Positions 12,412 to 25,204 of a DNA stretch of 64,000 bases are shown here, one piece after another. The DNA comes from Balanoglossus misakiensis. Its lineage: Eukaryota > Animalia > Hemichordata. A program made the translations under genes and the position numbers. Every line of letters starts with the position of its first letter. Position 1 is the stretch's first letter. The notes under the pieces were generated by a model that saw only the letters and a list, made by a program, of their open reading frames with translations, was not told where the DNA came from and made no database searches. The stretch is from the NCBI GenBank assembly GCA_040954595.2, contig CM082588.2, positions 7,403,947 to 7,467,946 of the forward strand. The letters are read 5' to 3'.

Positions 12412-13035
12412 ATGTCGACACGAATTATCAAGATAGCGGTCACTGAAGAGCAGGAGGAAGCACTGGAAATTTTCTTTGCCATGAATGAATGGGAGCTCTC
12501 GGTCATCGAGCGGCGGGGGCACATAAGTTCACCTGCTGCGACCGCGGGGGTTAGTACCCCGATATCGGCTGCCAGCAAGTTGAATGGGAACACTGCCGGT
12601 CTATCGGATGCAATCCCAAATGACCCTCCCCCGGTGTCTGAAGGCGGTACAACTGCAGCAGGCGTCGAAGTAAACACCGTGTCCATGAGCACATCGGCTT
12701 CCGGAGATTCGGACAACTCCTGTGAATTTTGTTTTTGTTCGCCATGTGTTACCACACATAGGCAGCATTGGCTAGGATCGGGTCAGAAAGCACGAGCTGG
12801 AAACAATCTTGTGAGGAAAAAGATGTACAAACGTTTTTGGAAACAGCTAAGCGACCGTTACGCTTGGCGCTTTCCAGAGTACATCCGAAAGAAGGGAAAA
12901 CTGCTGGAAAAGAAGGAAGACACCTCGACAGTGTGGACAAATAGAGAGATTATGCCAGATTGTGTGCTGAGACTTGTCCGTGGTCTCTACCCGAATTTAC
13001 CCGGTGTTCCTTACGTTGGCCATAAATGGCACTGA
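12412..13035 (+). CDS. KolX-like accessory protein (P2X7 C-terminal ballast/Nanor-like Cys-rich domain)
   Basis: CEFCFCSPCVT...RKKMYKRFW...REIMPDCVLRLVRGLYP...YVG fits the R..PxCV...R..YP...Y.G signature. Head-to-head with the transposase as in Kolobok. First ATG at 12412, TATA-like tatata at 12361. Confidence 0.78.
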   Translation: MSTRIIKIAVTEEQEEALEIFFAMNEWELSVIERRGHISSPAATAGVSTPISAASKLNGNTAGLSDAIPNDPPPVSEGGTTAAGVEVNTVSMSTSASGDSDNSCEFCFCSPCVTTHRQHWLGSGQKARAGNNLVRKKMYKRFWKQLSDRYAWRFPEYIRKKGKLLEKKEDTSTVWTNREIMPDCVLRLVRGLYPNLPGVPYVGHKWH

Positions 13036-13536
13036 TGAGGCTTTCCCCTCTTCACTTTGTACGGTTGGTACACAAATACAAACGGTCCTTTTCAGGACCA
13101 ACACAATTTCCAAGAAGAGAACTACCGAATGTATGGATGCATGCATGTTCATGTGTTATAAATTTGGTATGATCACATCCCCATTTTCAGGTCACGCACA
13201 CTTTGCAATCAACGCCACAATGTATCAATGGTGCCCAATTTTGATTTGCATAATACGTCAATCACGCAGATTCAAACTGAAAATCGTACCGATATACCGG
13301 TCATATCTCGGGGACAAAATGATTTCATCTTCGGTTTTCGAAAGTATTTTCAAATTGTATTGCACCAGAAACCGCGGATGTCGTGCTAAATAAACTCATG
13401 CACTCCTTTCTGAATTTAGAGACAAAAAAATCATCGGTAGACCTAAATTTACAGTCTTTTATGGACAACGTCCGTTCTGTTGTTAGTGAGTTTGAATCTC
13501 CCACCATTATGCCAACTCTCGCATGCTCTCGCGCTT

Positions 13537-16500
13537 TTATACGGGAGTTCCGCCTTTAAGTGAATTTTGTGAATGTGTTACACTTTTCTTCGTTCCTACA
13601 GCTTCACCATCTTCGATTGTCTGCTCGAGTTTCTTTCCCCTTGTTTCCGGTAACAACAACACGAGGAGTCCGGCGACGGTTGCCATGGCAGCGAACACAA
13701 TCATCGGCAGAGGCGTCCAGAGCGATTGGGCGAGGAGAACTTGAGGCGCCATGACACCACCCGACAAGGTCACCAGGGTCACGGCACTGAATCCAAGCGA
13801 TCTGGAGCAAAGAAACTGGTAGTCCGTTAGGTCATGGTTGTAACATACACATTGGTGACACGAATTTCAAGCGTGTCTCCCACGACTGAAAGCAGTCAAT
13901 AACTTTCAAGGCCACGCACATTTTTATTTGCCATCACACCATGGAAATCTTGATGGCGCTCACTATCGTCTCGTTCGCAATACAAGAGTCTTGTGATTTT
14001 TTAGTCGGGAGAGGTCCAAAATATACATCATGGATTATTTTTGGGGTGAATGTCGGATTACCATATTTGAGATAAATAGGGAATGGTGAACAATTTATAT
14101 AGGTAGGGGGTCTCACCTGACAGTGGTGGGGTACAGCTCAGCAGCGTAAATGTATATCGTGGAATAAAGAGCAGTGGCCGCGCTCTTGCCGACCATATTT
14201 AGTACGGTGCCTACCCAAATGACGTCACCACCTACAAGTCAACAAAAATCAGACTATCAGCGTGTTGGCACTTGCTCCCTATGTACACAGTTCAGATTAT
14301 AACACACCATGCAGCGAACCCTCGATCGTGATTCGTCAATACGCCGTCACGTGACCTTAGTCATTTCGAATTGTAATACACCATGCAGCGAACCCTCGAT
14401 CGTGATTCGTCAATACGCCGTCACGTGACCTTAGTCATTTCGAACTGTTCCCTAGGGCATCATTTCGATCAGTTTCTGCCCAGTACTGTTGCCCCGTCTT
14501 GATATAATTCCGTGTTTGGTGTGTTACAAAACACATGATGACTGACATATTCGGGCAACATTGTATTTTTGATGACCTCGGGACTGCCAGTCACACCAAA
14601 ACAACAAGACTGTTTTAGTTGTGACTAGCAGCGCCCTCGGTCATCAAAATACACTGTTGTCCGAATATGTCAGTCATCATGTGTATATGCACACACACCT
14701 CCCTCAGACAAAACAGACTTACATTTTGGTACAAGAGTCGTTCCAATTGACGCCAGCGCTGTCACAATACTTGCTCCGAAAAACGAATATCTGCGACCAA
14801 GTTTTGAATCCATCAGAGCCAGCATGAGAAAATTGGTCGGGATCTCGACAGCGCCAGCTACGGCGACATTAACATAAACAATCCCGTGCATGTTCGATAC
14901 GTTATACACAAAGCCGTAGTAAGTCAGGCTGGTGGTAAATCTGAAAAATGACAAAAATAATGATTAGACGATCACATCAACTGTTCATAGAAGGGTTTCT
15001 CCGACAATCACCTTATTTAAAGGCGCAAGATCATCTCATGCGCATGCGCGAAATTTCATGGGTGCGATCGAGATTCAAGATGGCTGAGGCTGAATGTCTT
15101 TCCTCACAAAGTTCAAAAGGGCGTCGTTGTACAAGTTATGGGGCGCTTCGTCGTCCCGTATGGATGAGGTGTGCTTGGTAACGAGTTTTGGTTCATAGAC
15201 GGAATTATCGTCGAAACTACTGCGCAACGCATCGGTTGAGAATCGCCTGCTTAGCCTAGACTTCCAGCCCGATTGGTTATTCTAGAATCCCAACATTGGG
15301 GAACACATTTCGGCCTTATGCTTTCACGTACATATTGTGGCGTACGATAACACTGGTGTAACTTATTTTAATTCAGAACAATTGCTAATTTAGGAATAGT
15401 TTGGTTAAGCCAATTAACACAACTTAAAATTAAACATATCCAAAGTATTTTTCAGAAGCATCATTTGGAAATCAAACCCAAATCCTACTTACCCGCAAAA
15501 GAACAGTATCAACGTTTTCTTTCTTATGTTTGGATACCGAAAGATATCAAGTATTCTGACTTCACCAGTGTTTATATTCCTCTTCTCAGTATTCTTTGTC
15601 ATACAATATAGAAAGCTTCAAGTTGGATACAGGTGACGGGGTAAACTTTGTAGCCAACACGAGTAGATGTTAGTTGTGCGAAATATTGTTTGCAAAATAT
15701 TATCAGCTGGTTGGTTGAGTATGATTTAGTATCTCGTGTGAGTGTGGTGGGTGCACTATTGACGCATCAGTTTGGAGTGGGGCTTTGGCTGCGTGGTTTA
15801 GTGCATGATCTAGCTGGGTGTGTGGGTATTTTGTATTTCCGTGTCATTAAGTCTCTTTGCATACTGTAGTACTCGCTAACACATACCGGTAGCTCACAGA
15901 CCCCATTTGTGCTTTTGTTTATAACCGTTACAGTCGGTTCTAGACTCTCTCACAGCCCACGGTTCGCTACAAGGCTCTTCACTGCTGATGCACCCTCAAC
16001 TGTTTAGCAAAGGAGAAGCCCCATATGGTGTTGTGTAGCGAACCTCTCGCCGGGCACACATGCAATCAGACCATAAGCCTGCATGGACGGCGAGAGGGGC
16101 TGTGAGAGAGTCTAAGTCGGTTCATGCCTTGTTTACATTTTATATGTGGCTCGTTTTTACTTGCAAATCGTTACCTCCTTTGTCGCGTCGTCCGAGATTT
16201 CACTTCTGAGGGAAACCAGCATCTCATCGGGTAGAGACACTCCATTCACTCTGGCTGTCTTTCTAATAATATCCTCCGCCTCTTTTATCTTTCCAACAGC
16301 AAGTAACCATCTTGCTGACTCGGGAATAATCCTATTGAGGTATAAATCTTGTGTAAGATGCCATATTAATTATAACGATAAATGTCTGGCGCATTTATTT
16401 ATTTATTTATTTATTTATTTAGTTTTATTTATTAAGTTGTCTCTTCCTTTCATTTTTTTGTTGGTTTACTTTTTACTTAATAAACTTTCGTTTAGTTACA

Positions 16501-19004
16501 CTTTTTTATTTACATTATTAATATTTTCCTACTTCAATTAAAATAAAATGTTTTTATACTCCATTTATTTATTTTATTATTATTAGTTCGTTCTCGCATT
16601 TAATTATTTGTTAATTAACTGTTCAATTGTTATGCAGGATGTAGGGGAATACATTAGAATGTTGTAGTGCCTAAGCAGTTTATATGCAATCAAAGTGTTA
16701 AAGTGAATACAACCTACCACCAGTATGCGATAAATGGTACAGCTGGAAGAGATATAGCCAGAAGTAAATATCTCCAGTCTCTTATCAGATAAGCTAGACA
16801 TGCCAAGCCCATATATCCACAGGAGTACATGACAAAGCACAGTATGCCAACAGCCGTTCGCTTAGATGGTCCAACACATTCGGAGACTGAAACAAACAAA
16901 CAGTTCAGCAGCTGTATAAAGTGAAACTCATATCAAGACACTGCCATGTTCACTGGACACTCACATTTGGCAAAATTCGTGACATTAATTAGAGGTGTGA
17001 GATTGAATTTGTTTTTTAAAAAAATTGCAGCATGTTTGAGTTATATAGTGCATGGTTAAAGTATTCCATGGACCTACATGTAGAATTTCGAGAAAAAAGT
17101 AATGCATTAATGTTATTTTCTTGAAATCTTCACATAAGGCACTAAAAGAGCGGTACATGTATTGTAAATGATTTAAATAAAACCCTTTGTCGACATGCTT
17201 CATTTTTATACAGCTGAGCTGTTCAGATATTTTCACAATAAGAAATATAAATATTTTATTTATTTATAAATAAGAAGCATGTTGTTATTACTTACTCAGG
17301 ATAAACGACGTCAGATAAAGACCGATTAATGCTGTAGCTACGGCAAATCGTACAATGGCAGAAACTAAAATATTGGGAGCAAAGATGTCGATGGCACTAT
17401 ACAACACACATTGTGCGAGGCATATCACAAATGTTTTCATGCGACCAATCCTGATAAGTAAATAAAAACATTCTTGGAGTTGTGCTATGGGAAAGACTAA
17501 ACCATCGGACAGGTGAAAGGGACGCTGGCTGCGACTTTTAATTTAATTCCATGATTCTAGTGGATGAGATGATCTTTTGTAAATGCAACGTTTCCATTGT
17601 TTTCGTGGCGGCCATATTCGCTTGTGGCAGAGCTTTATTATTTATCTGGTTACAGCTTGCATATGCACTCATACTTAAGGTTTATGATTCTTGTATATAG
17701 TACAGTGCATAAATTTGTATAGACTAATGGTGGTACAGTTTGAAAACAAATTATGAAAATTATTCCGAAAGTTGCAGCTCATGTGCCTTTAAGAACAGAG
17801 CTGAGTGTGTCGTGAATAACTGTATCATTCAAGTGTATGTACACGCAGGCGATTAACATTTCAAAATCGCAATTGACCCCGAACTTTAACCACCTGAGAG
17901 ATAGATAATGCTACCAGATAAGTAATTTCCTTTGGTATTCGACGCTGCAGTTCTCGTGGAAGGAGTCTGAGATTTTAAAACCCAGTTAATGCTATCCATC
18001 GTAAATTTTTCCAAGTGATTTGATGGTTGAATTTTGTCGATCTACATGGAGGTTGAGGTGTTCAATATTGAAATGGTATACTTACCTGTCAGATAAGCGT
18101 CCGTAGATAACATTTCCAAACACACAGCCTGTTATAAATATCGAGGTCAACAGAGCGCTTTGGTAATGTCTATCACAGACAAGATTAAACTGCAAAGAAT
18201 AGCTAATGCAGTCACTTTATTATGGGACTTTCAGTGAAGATGTCATGATGACGGGGAAACAGATAGTTTGCATGTAACAATTAAACGACTCGGCGATTTT
18301 AGAGTACATTTTTCTTTTAAAATGTAACCGTACAATACGATTAGCAAAGGGATATTTTCATTAACTTTTCAGAAATATAGCGGTTGTGGAAACATGGAAT
18401 GTGATCATTATGCTGCACACGTGTAAGATGAGTAATAAATGCATGTGTTGTTTCTTTCAAAAAAATAAAAAAAACATAGCAGTTCTTATTGCAGCCGCCG
18501 AGTGTTTCTGTCTCAAACGTCACGGTCCATAAGATTACGCCAATATAATCAGATTATAGCGTGATTACATGTACTTACTTCTTGAGTAACAGTTGATTTG
18601 TACTGGGACGTGTCGTACTCCCAGCCTTGATCACAGCTAATGGTGGCGGATGAGATATTGAGTGAGACGGCGAGAAAATCGACCCCAGATACGTTGTCAT
18701 ATCTGAAACAGTTGCTGAATTTCCAATCGGTGTGACATGCCTGCGTTGAACGCTCCTTGGGTATGGTCAGGTGTTTCACGGTGTTTGCACAATCCCCGCT
18801 GATATTCAACGACTGGCATGTCTCAATGAGAAGCGTCGACTCTGGAATCTTGCACCAGTGGTCGGTCTCAGCTTGGAGGAAAACCGGGGCGATGACCCGA
18901 AAGGCCAACGTGATATGCACGAGGGCCAGCAGAAAACAGCACCGTTTCTGGTAGGCGCCGAATTCACCAACGACATTCTTCAGTATATCATCGTAGTCCA
19001 CCAT
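13537..19004 (-). CDS. SLC22 organic cation/anion transporter, tandem copy 1
   Basis: About 9 exons (approx. 19004-18579, 18189-18086, 17450-17296, 16887-16717, 16332-16175, 15594-15492, 14941-14722, 14231-14117, 13802-13537). Motifs MVDYDDILKNVVGEFGAYQ, HWCKIP, CDQGWEYD, LVCD, IPESARWLL, YAAELYPT, LLLPETRGKKL. Confidence 0.9.
14304..14445. repeat. ~74-bp intronic tandem duplication
   Basis: caccatgcagcgaaccctcgatcgtgattcgtcaatacgccgtcacgtgaccttagtcatttcgaa occurs twice. Confidence 0.85.
15941..16114. mobile_element. Small MITE specific to SLC22 copy 1
   Basis: TIR tagactctctcacagccc ... gggctgtgagagagtcta. Confidence 0.65.
17518..17787. mobile_element. Old Kolobok-type MITE
   Basis: Left agggacgctggctgcgacttt, right aaagttgcagctcatgtgcct-ttaa. 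The left end is shared with the paralog at ~23190, so it predates the SLC22 duplication. Confidence 0.55.
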
Positions 19005-19312
19005 GATGTATTAAACACTCCCTACGTCAGACAAAAAATCCTTAACCCTAGAAGTCCAGCCAGGATTTTGTTCAACCTTCTAAGTTAGCTAACGAAAACG
19101 AAGTCATGTTTGCCCTGGTGTATCGTAAATCATTGAATTGTTCATTGTGTTTAATACGTCACGGTTAAAGTACAATGTAGATTTTTATTAACGTCAATTA
19201 AAATACTTCACGGCGCTGTTGGGCAACAGTATTGAAAGATATGATGAGGTAGTAGTCATTTCTAATGTGTTGTTGCTTAGAAACATTCGAGACGAAATGA
19301 AAGGAAAACATT

Positions 19313-22300
19313 TCAGTCATTTCCAACGCTACGTTTTTGCATTTTAAGTGAATTTTGTGAATGTTTTGCACGTCGCCTTTTCTTCGTTCCTCCAGCTTCA
19401 CCCTCTTCGATTGTCTGCTCGAGTTTCTTTCCCCTTGTTTCCGGTAACAACAACACGAGGAGTCCGGCGACGGTTGCCATGGCAGCGAACACGATCATCG
19501 GCAGAGGCGTCCACAGCGATTGGGCGAGGAGAACTTGAGGCGCCATGACACCCCCGGACAGGGTCACGAGGGTCACGGCACTGTATCCAAGTGACCTGAC
19601 GCAAATAAATTGGTAGTTATGGTAACATTCTCATCAGTGGCAACCGTTTCTCCCACGACTGAAAGCAGTCGATGACTTCCAATTGAAACTTGGTCAAACG
19701 CATTTTATTTGGCACAACACGATGGAAAGTTTTAGGGCACTCACTATCATGGCGTTCGCATGATATATCTGGTGATGTTTGTTTATTTTTAGTCAGGAGT
19801 GGTCCAAAACTTGAATATACTCGGTGAATTATCCTGATGACGACTTTCATTAACGCAGGTAAAAACATTCTGTCAAGATTCTGGATCTTGGTGTGAATGT
19901 CGAATTACCATATTAGCGATGAAAGCTGACGGTCTTGTAAGGGAACGGCAAACATTGGTTTATGTGGAGGGAAATCTCACCTGACAGTGGTGGGGTACAG
20001 CTCAGCGGCGTATATGTATATCGTGGAGTAAAGAGCAGCGGCTGCACTCTTGCCGACCATATTTAGTACAGTACCAACCCAAATGACGTCACTACCTACA
20101 AACCAACAAAATCAGACTATCAGTTGGCGCTAGCTCCCTGCACATTAGTCTCGGTTACCCAGACTCCTCTCCTAGTCTGGGGAAATACTCCGGGCAAAGA
20201 TGGCCGACTCGAGGCAAAAACGATGCATGATGGTTGCAGCCTCAAACATACAAGAAAAAACATGCTGAGAAATGCTGGACCTGCTAAAATTGTCCACTAA
20301 TTGAAGAGAGAGAGAGAAGCGTTCTGGAGCGCCCAACGGAAGAAGCAGAGGAGTCTGGGTAACCAAGACTACGTGCACAGTTCAGATGCACACCCCGTCC
20401 CCCTCAGACAAACCAGACTTACATTTTGGTACAAGAGTCGTTCCAATTGACGCCAGCGCTGTCACAATACTTGCTCCGAAAAACGTGAACCTGCGACCAA
20501 GTTTTGAATCCATCAGAGCCAGCATGAGAAAATTGGTCGGGATCTCAACACCGCCAGCTACGGCGACATTAACGTAGACATTCCCGTGCATATTGGATAC
20601 GCCATACACAAAGCCGTAGTAAGTCAGGCTGGTAGTGAACCTGAAAATGACAAAAAATAACGGTTAATTGACCACGTCAACTGTTCATATGAGGACTTCT
20701 CTGACATTCACTTGTTCAGGTTTAACGACAACATATTTCCTACTCACCCAGTACTTAATGAGACAAGGTAAAATTAATGTAACATTTGGGGAAAACATTT
20801 TTGCCCGTCGTCGACCACATCCAACAGAAAACAGCTGGACTTCTATCCCTGTTGTTTATTCTAGAATCCCAACATTTGGGAACAAATTCCGGTCTAATTT
20901 TTTTCACGTGGCGTGGTGTCCTACTTACCCACAAAAGAACAGTATCAAAGTTTTCTTTCGAATGTTTGGATAGCGAAAGATATCAAGTATTCCAACTTTA
21001 CTGGTCTTTATATTCGTCTTCTCAGCATTCTTATTATGCAAGATAGAAAGCTTCAAGTCGGATACAGGTGACGGATAATTTTGTAGCCCACACGAGTTTA
21101 TATTAGGTGTGCGATATATTCAAATTGAAATATTTGGTTTGCAAATATAACCAGTTGGTTGTATGCGTATATGTTGCTTTCTAGTTATGTGCGTTTGATA
21201 TAGAATATTGTCTCGTGGGGGGGGGGGGCGCTCGAGTCTTAACTCAAATGAGACAACTTTGTTTCTTGCATAAACTAGGCTATTAGCTCACTGTGTGAAA
21301 TAATTCGAACGGTATTTGACTGTTCGGTGTAAGTTGGTTGAACTTGATTCCCCGTATCTTTGCATACAGTACTCTCCAACACAACACAAAGCTCAGCTAC
21401 GGATCCGAATTTTCTGTACAGCCTGTTCAGGTCTTATTTTACGTTTGTGTGACAGTATTTCCTTGCCAATCGTTACCTCCTTTGTCACGTCGTCCGAGAG
21501 TTCACTTCTGAGGGAAACGAGCATCTCATCGGGTAGAGACACTCCATTCACTCTGGCTGTCTTTCTTATAATATCCTCCGCCTCTTTTATCTTTCCAACA
21601 GCAAGTAGCCATCTTGCTGACTCAGGAATTATCCTATTGAGGTATAAATCTTGTGTAAGATGCCATATTAATTATAACGATAAATATGTCTGCATTTACT
21701 TCTTTAATGTTACTTTTTGTCTGTTTCTTTCTTTATTTGTTTTGCTGATTATTTATATAGTATGCTTTCGTTTATTTACACTTTATTTATTTATTATATA
21801 TATTATTAATGTATTTACACGTTTTTTAATTATACTTTATTTATTTTCATTCATTCATATATCCATTTATTTATCCGTTCGTTCCTTTGATCACGCATTC
21901 ATTCATTTCTTATAATTACTTTTCCGTAGTTATGGAAAGAATGTAGGGAAAACTAATATATATTACAATGTTGTAGTGCAGTTTAGTTTAAAGCCTCTAG
22001 AGCTGCCACTTTTGCATGATTTTTATGATTTTATTTTCCATCTAAATAAGCTTACCGATTGGTATACATGAACATCTCATCGACGCCCGATTGTGGCTGT
22101 ATGTTGCAATTTGAACATGCTATATATTAAAAGGGTGCCGCACCGATTTTATCAGCCTCCATACAAACAGTACGCAGCTATCGTGGTATGCGTTGCCAAA
22201 AGATGACAAACTGATGCAAATACAAGTAATATGGCTTAATGGTGAGGATTTTAGAGGACAGGCAATATATTTGAAGTATTTTACTGTGGAAAAAAATATG

Positions 22301-24726
22301 TGGAATTTGGCAGCTATAGGGGCTTTAAATTGTTAGGGCGAATACAACATACCACCAGTACGTGATAAAAGGTAGAACCGGGAGACAAATAGCCAGAAGT
22401 AAATATCTCCAGTCTCTTATCAGATAAGCTAGACACGCCAAGCCCATATATCCACAGGAGTACATGACAAAGCACAGTATGCCAACAGCCGTACGCTTAG
22501 ATGGACCGACACATTCGGAGACTGAAAAACAAACAAACAAACAAAGAACATGCACGTTCAGTAGCTGTAAAAGAGAAAATACACATGACACTGCCCCGTT
22601 GACTTGGCATTAGCATTTTTGCAAAATTCGAGACATTGGTGATATCAAATTTTAATTCAAAGATATACCTTCTTTATCAGCTTTATCTAAATTAAAGCAA
22701 ACTATTAATTTCATAAAGATTTTAATGGAAAACAAAAGGTTTTCCCCACATAAACACTCAATATTAACAAGAGCAAATACGAGAACCAGGGATTGAAAAT
22801 TGTCCCTTTAAAAACAAATTTTCATCGCTTTTAAGATAGGTACCGTGTCCGTTCCTTACGACTAAGCTTAATAGTATAAGAACCCGTTCTAGTATCTCGA
22901 CTCTCTCATCCAATAATAAGAAGCATATTTGTTATTACTTACTCAGGACAAATGTCGTCAGATGCATTCCAATATTTGCCGTCGCTACGGCAAATCGCGC
23001 AATAGCAGAAACTAAAAAAATGGGAGCAAAGATTTCGATGGCACTGTACACCAGATTTTGAGCAAGGCATATCACAAACGTTTTCATGCGACCAATCCTG
23101 ATGAGTAAGTGAAAACGTTATTGAAGTACATTGTACCAGTTGAAACGTGGACTATAGCTGAAGTCTAAGACATCAGACAGGTAGATGAAAGGGGCGTCGG
23201 CTGCGACTTTTGACACACTTTGGGGACCAAGCTGTACCACCTGTGTGGGGAAATTAAATCACCCTACCTTGGAGGGGAGGTTATGGGGACCCTTTAAGAC
23301 AGGATAAATGCATCCACCAGCCCAATCTGATTAAAATCAGATGTAGGGAACGGCGACGTGGTTTTTGTTATGCTGTCGCCGTAGTGTGAGGCGACAGCAT
23401 AAAAAAAACCACGTCGCCGTTCCCTACATCTGATTTTTATCAGATTGCCACCAGCCATGGTCACTAGCGCTTTACAATACTAGTAAATCACAAGTAAGCT
23501 TTCACGAAGAAATAAGTTTTAGACTTTACACCCTTTAATTACAACTTAGACACACAAGAGGGGTTGGACGCACTTTGTCGCGAATAACTGTATCGTTAAC
23601 CCCAAACCCGCAATGCTCATAATGTTTAACAATGCTATAGCATTTCAATATCGCAATCGACCGTGATCTTTCACCCGAGGGATTGATTATGACGTCAAAT
23701 AGGTTTTTACGTGGTATTTGACGCTGCAGTTTTTGAGTCCGTGAAGTTTGTTACTTATTCCTTATTTTTTGTGTCTATATCCGTAAATTTAAAAAGCACA
23801 CAAACTATGTAATAATCCTTTGTAAAGTTTAAAAATTGATGATTAAATCTTGTCGATCTAGGCCAATATGCACGTCGAGGCAATCACTATTGAAAAGGAT
23901 GTTTACTTACCTGTCAGACAAGGGTCCGTAGATAACATTTCCAAACACCAGGCCTGCTATATATATCGATGTCAACAAAGCGCTTTGGTAATGTCTATCA
24001 CAGACAAGATTGAACTGCAAAGAATGGCTAATGCAGTCACTTTATTATGGGGCTTTCAGTGATGATGTCATGATGACGTATAAGAAGGTAGTTTGCAGGT
24101 AACAATTAAACGACTCGGCGATTTTTAGAGTACATTTTTCTTTTAAAATGTAACCGTACAATGCGATTAGCAAAGGGATATTTTCATTTGCCCTTCAGAA
24201 ATATAACAGTTATTATTGTAGCCGCCGAGTGTCTCAAACGACACGGTCGTTCCATAAGGTTACGCCAATATTATCAGATTAAACAGTGATTACTTACTTC
24301 TTGAGTAATAGTTGACATGTACTGGGACATGTCGTACTCCCAGCCTTGATCACAGCTAATAATGGCGGATGAGATATTGAGCGAGTCGGCGAGAAAATCG
24401 ACACCAGATACGTTGTCATATCTGAAACAGTTGCTGAATTTCCAGTCGGTGTGACAGGCCTGCGTTGAACGCTCCTTGGGTATGGTCAGGTGTTTCACGG
24501 TGTTTGCACAATCCTCGCTGATATTCAACGACTGGCATGTCTCAATGAGAAGCGTCGACTCTGGAATCTTGCACCAGTGGTCGGTCTCAGCTTGGAGGAA
24601 AACCGGGGCGATGACCCGAAAGGCCAACGTGATGTGCACGAGGGCCAGCAGAAAACAGCACCGTTTCTGGTAGGCGCCGAATTCACCAACGACATTCTTC
24701 AGTATATCGTCGTAGTCCACCATCAT
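19313..24726 (-). CDS. SLC22 organic cation/anion transporter, tandem copy 2
   Basis: Same exon series and near-identical protein to copy 1 (ORFs 24274-24726, 22325-22591, 20382-20609, 19313-19576). Ends HSQNSLKMQKRSVGND*. Confidence 0.9.
20147..20370. mobile_element. MITE specific to SLC22 copy 2
   Basis: TIR tagtctcggttacccagactcctct ... gaggagtctgggtaaccaagacta. A related right end recurs at ~47545-47583. Confidence 0.7.
21992..22324. mobile_element. Kolobok-type MITE with TTAA TSD
   Basis: ttaa-agcctctagagctgcca ... tggcagctataggggct-ttaa. Absent from the homologous intron of copy 1 (~16660-16710). Confidence 0.75.
23323..23447. mobile_element. Foldback mini-element with 9-bp TSD (Mutator-like)
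   Basis: ~58-bp near-perfect inverted arms around a 9-nt loop, flanked by direct repeat ccaccagcc (23314-23322 and 23448-23456). Confidence 0.85.
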
Positions 24727-25204
24727 GTATTAAACACTTCCTACGTCAGAAAAAAAATTCCTTAACCCCTAACCCCTAGAAGTCCAGCCAGGATTTTGTT
24801 CAACCTTCTAAGTTAGCTAACGAAAACGAAGTCATGTTTGCCTTGGTGTATCGTAAATCATAGAATTGTTCATTGTGTTTAATACGTCAGGGTTAAAGTA
24901 CAACGTAGATGTCAATTCTTCTACTTCACGTTGAAGGTCAAATCACATTGTAATAATTGCATTCATGATGGATATCGTACGAGTATGAAGAGAAAATGCC
25001 CGTAATTCAAAGATGAATTTGCGTCTAATATTTTTTTTTATTATTTCCTTCCAAGTTTTTCGCAACCGTTTCATTCCTTTGGTTTCCCACGGAAACAGCA
25101 GAATCTTTTTTTCTGGCTCGTCAGGGTCGCTATCCAAGTCCGAGTCACACTGCTTGAGGCTCCCAGGAAATCGTTGTTTTTTGGGGATCCCTAAATGATT
25201 TATT

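Larger units (their letters stand above)
9915..13555. mobile_element. Full-length Kolobok-superfamily DNA transposon (~3.64 kb)
   Basis: TTAA TSD at 9911-9914 and 13556-13559. Imperfect TIRs AGGGGGAACGCTCGGTA / AGGCGGAACTCCCGTA (rc). Two divergent intact ORFs. The paralogous locus near 19344 has a single TTAA with both flanks contiguous. Confidence 0.9.

Noticed and set aside
10092-13035. Horizontally acquired prokaryotic or viral two-gene module
   Set aside because: TIRs, TTAA TSD, empty paralogous site and motif content are fully explained by a eukaryotic Kolobok transposon.
24762-24778. Telomere-like taacccctaacccct
   Set aside because: Only two units, a 7-bp local duplication at a MITE end.
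24943-25190. THAP-like fragment (LLFPW...RKTW)
   Set aside because: Zinc-ligand Cys/His residues not recoverable, too degenerate to call.
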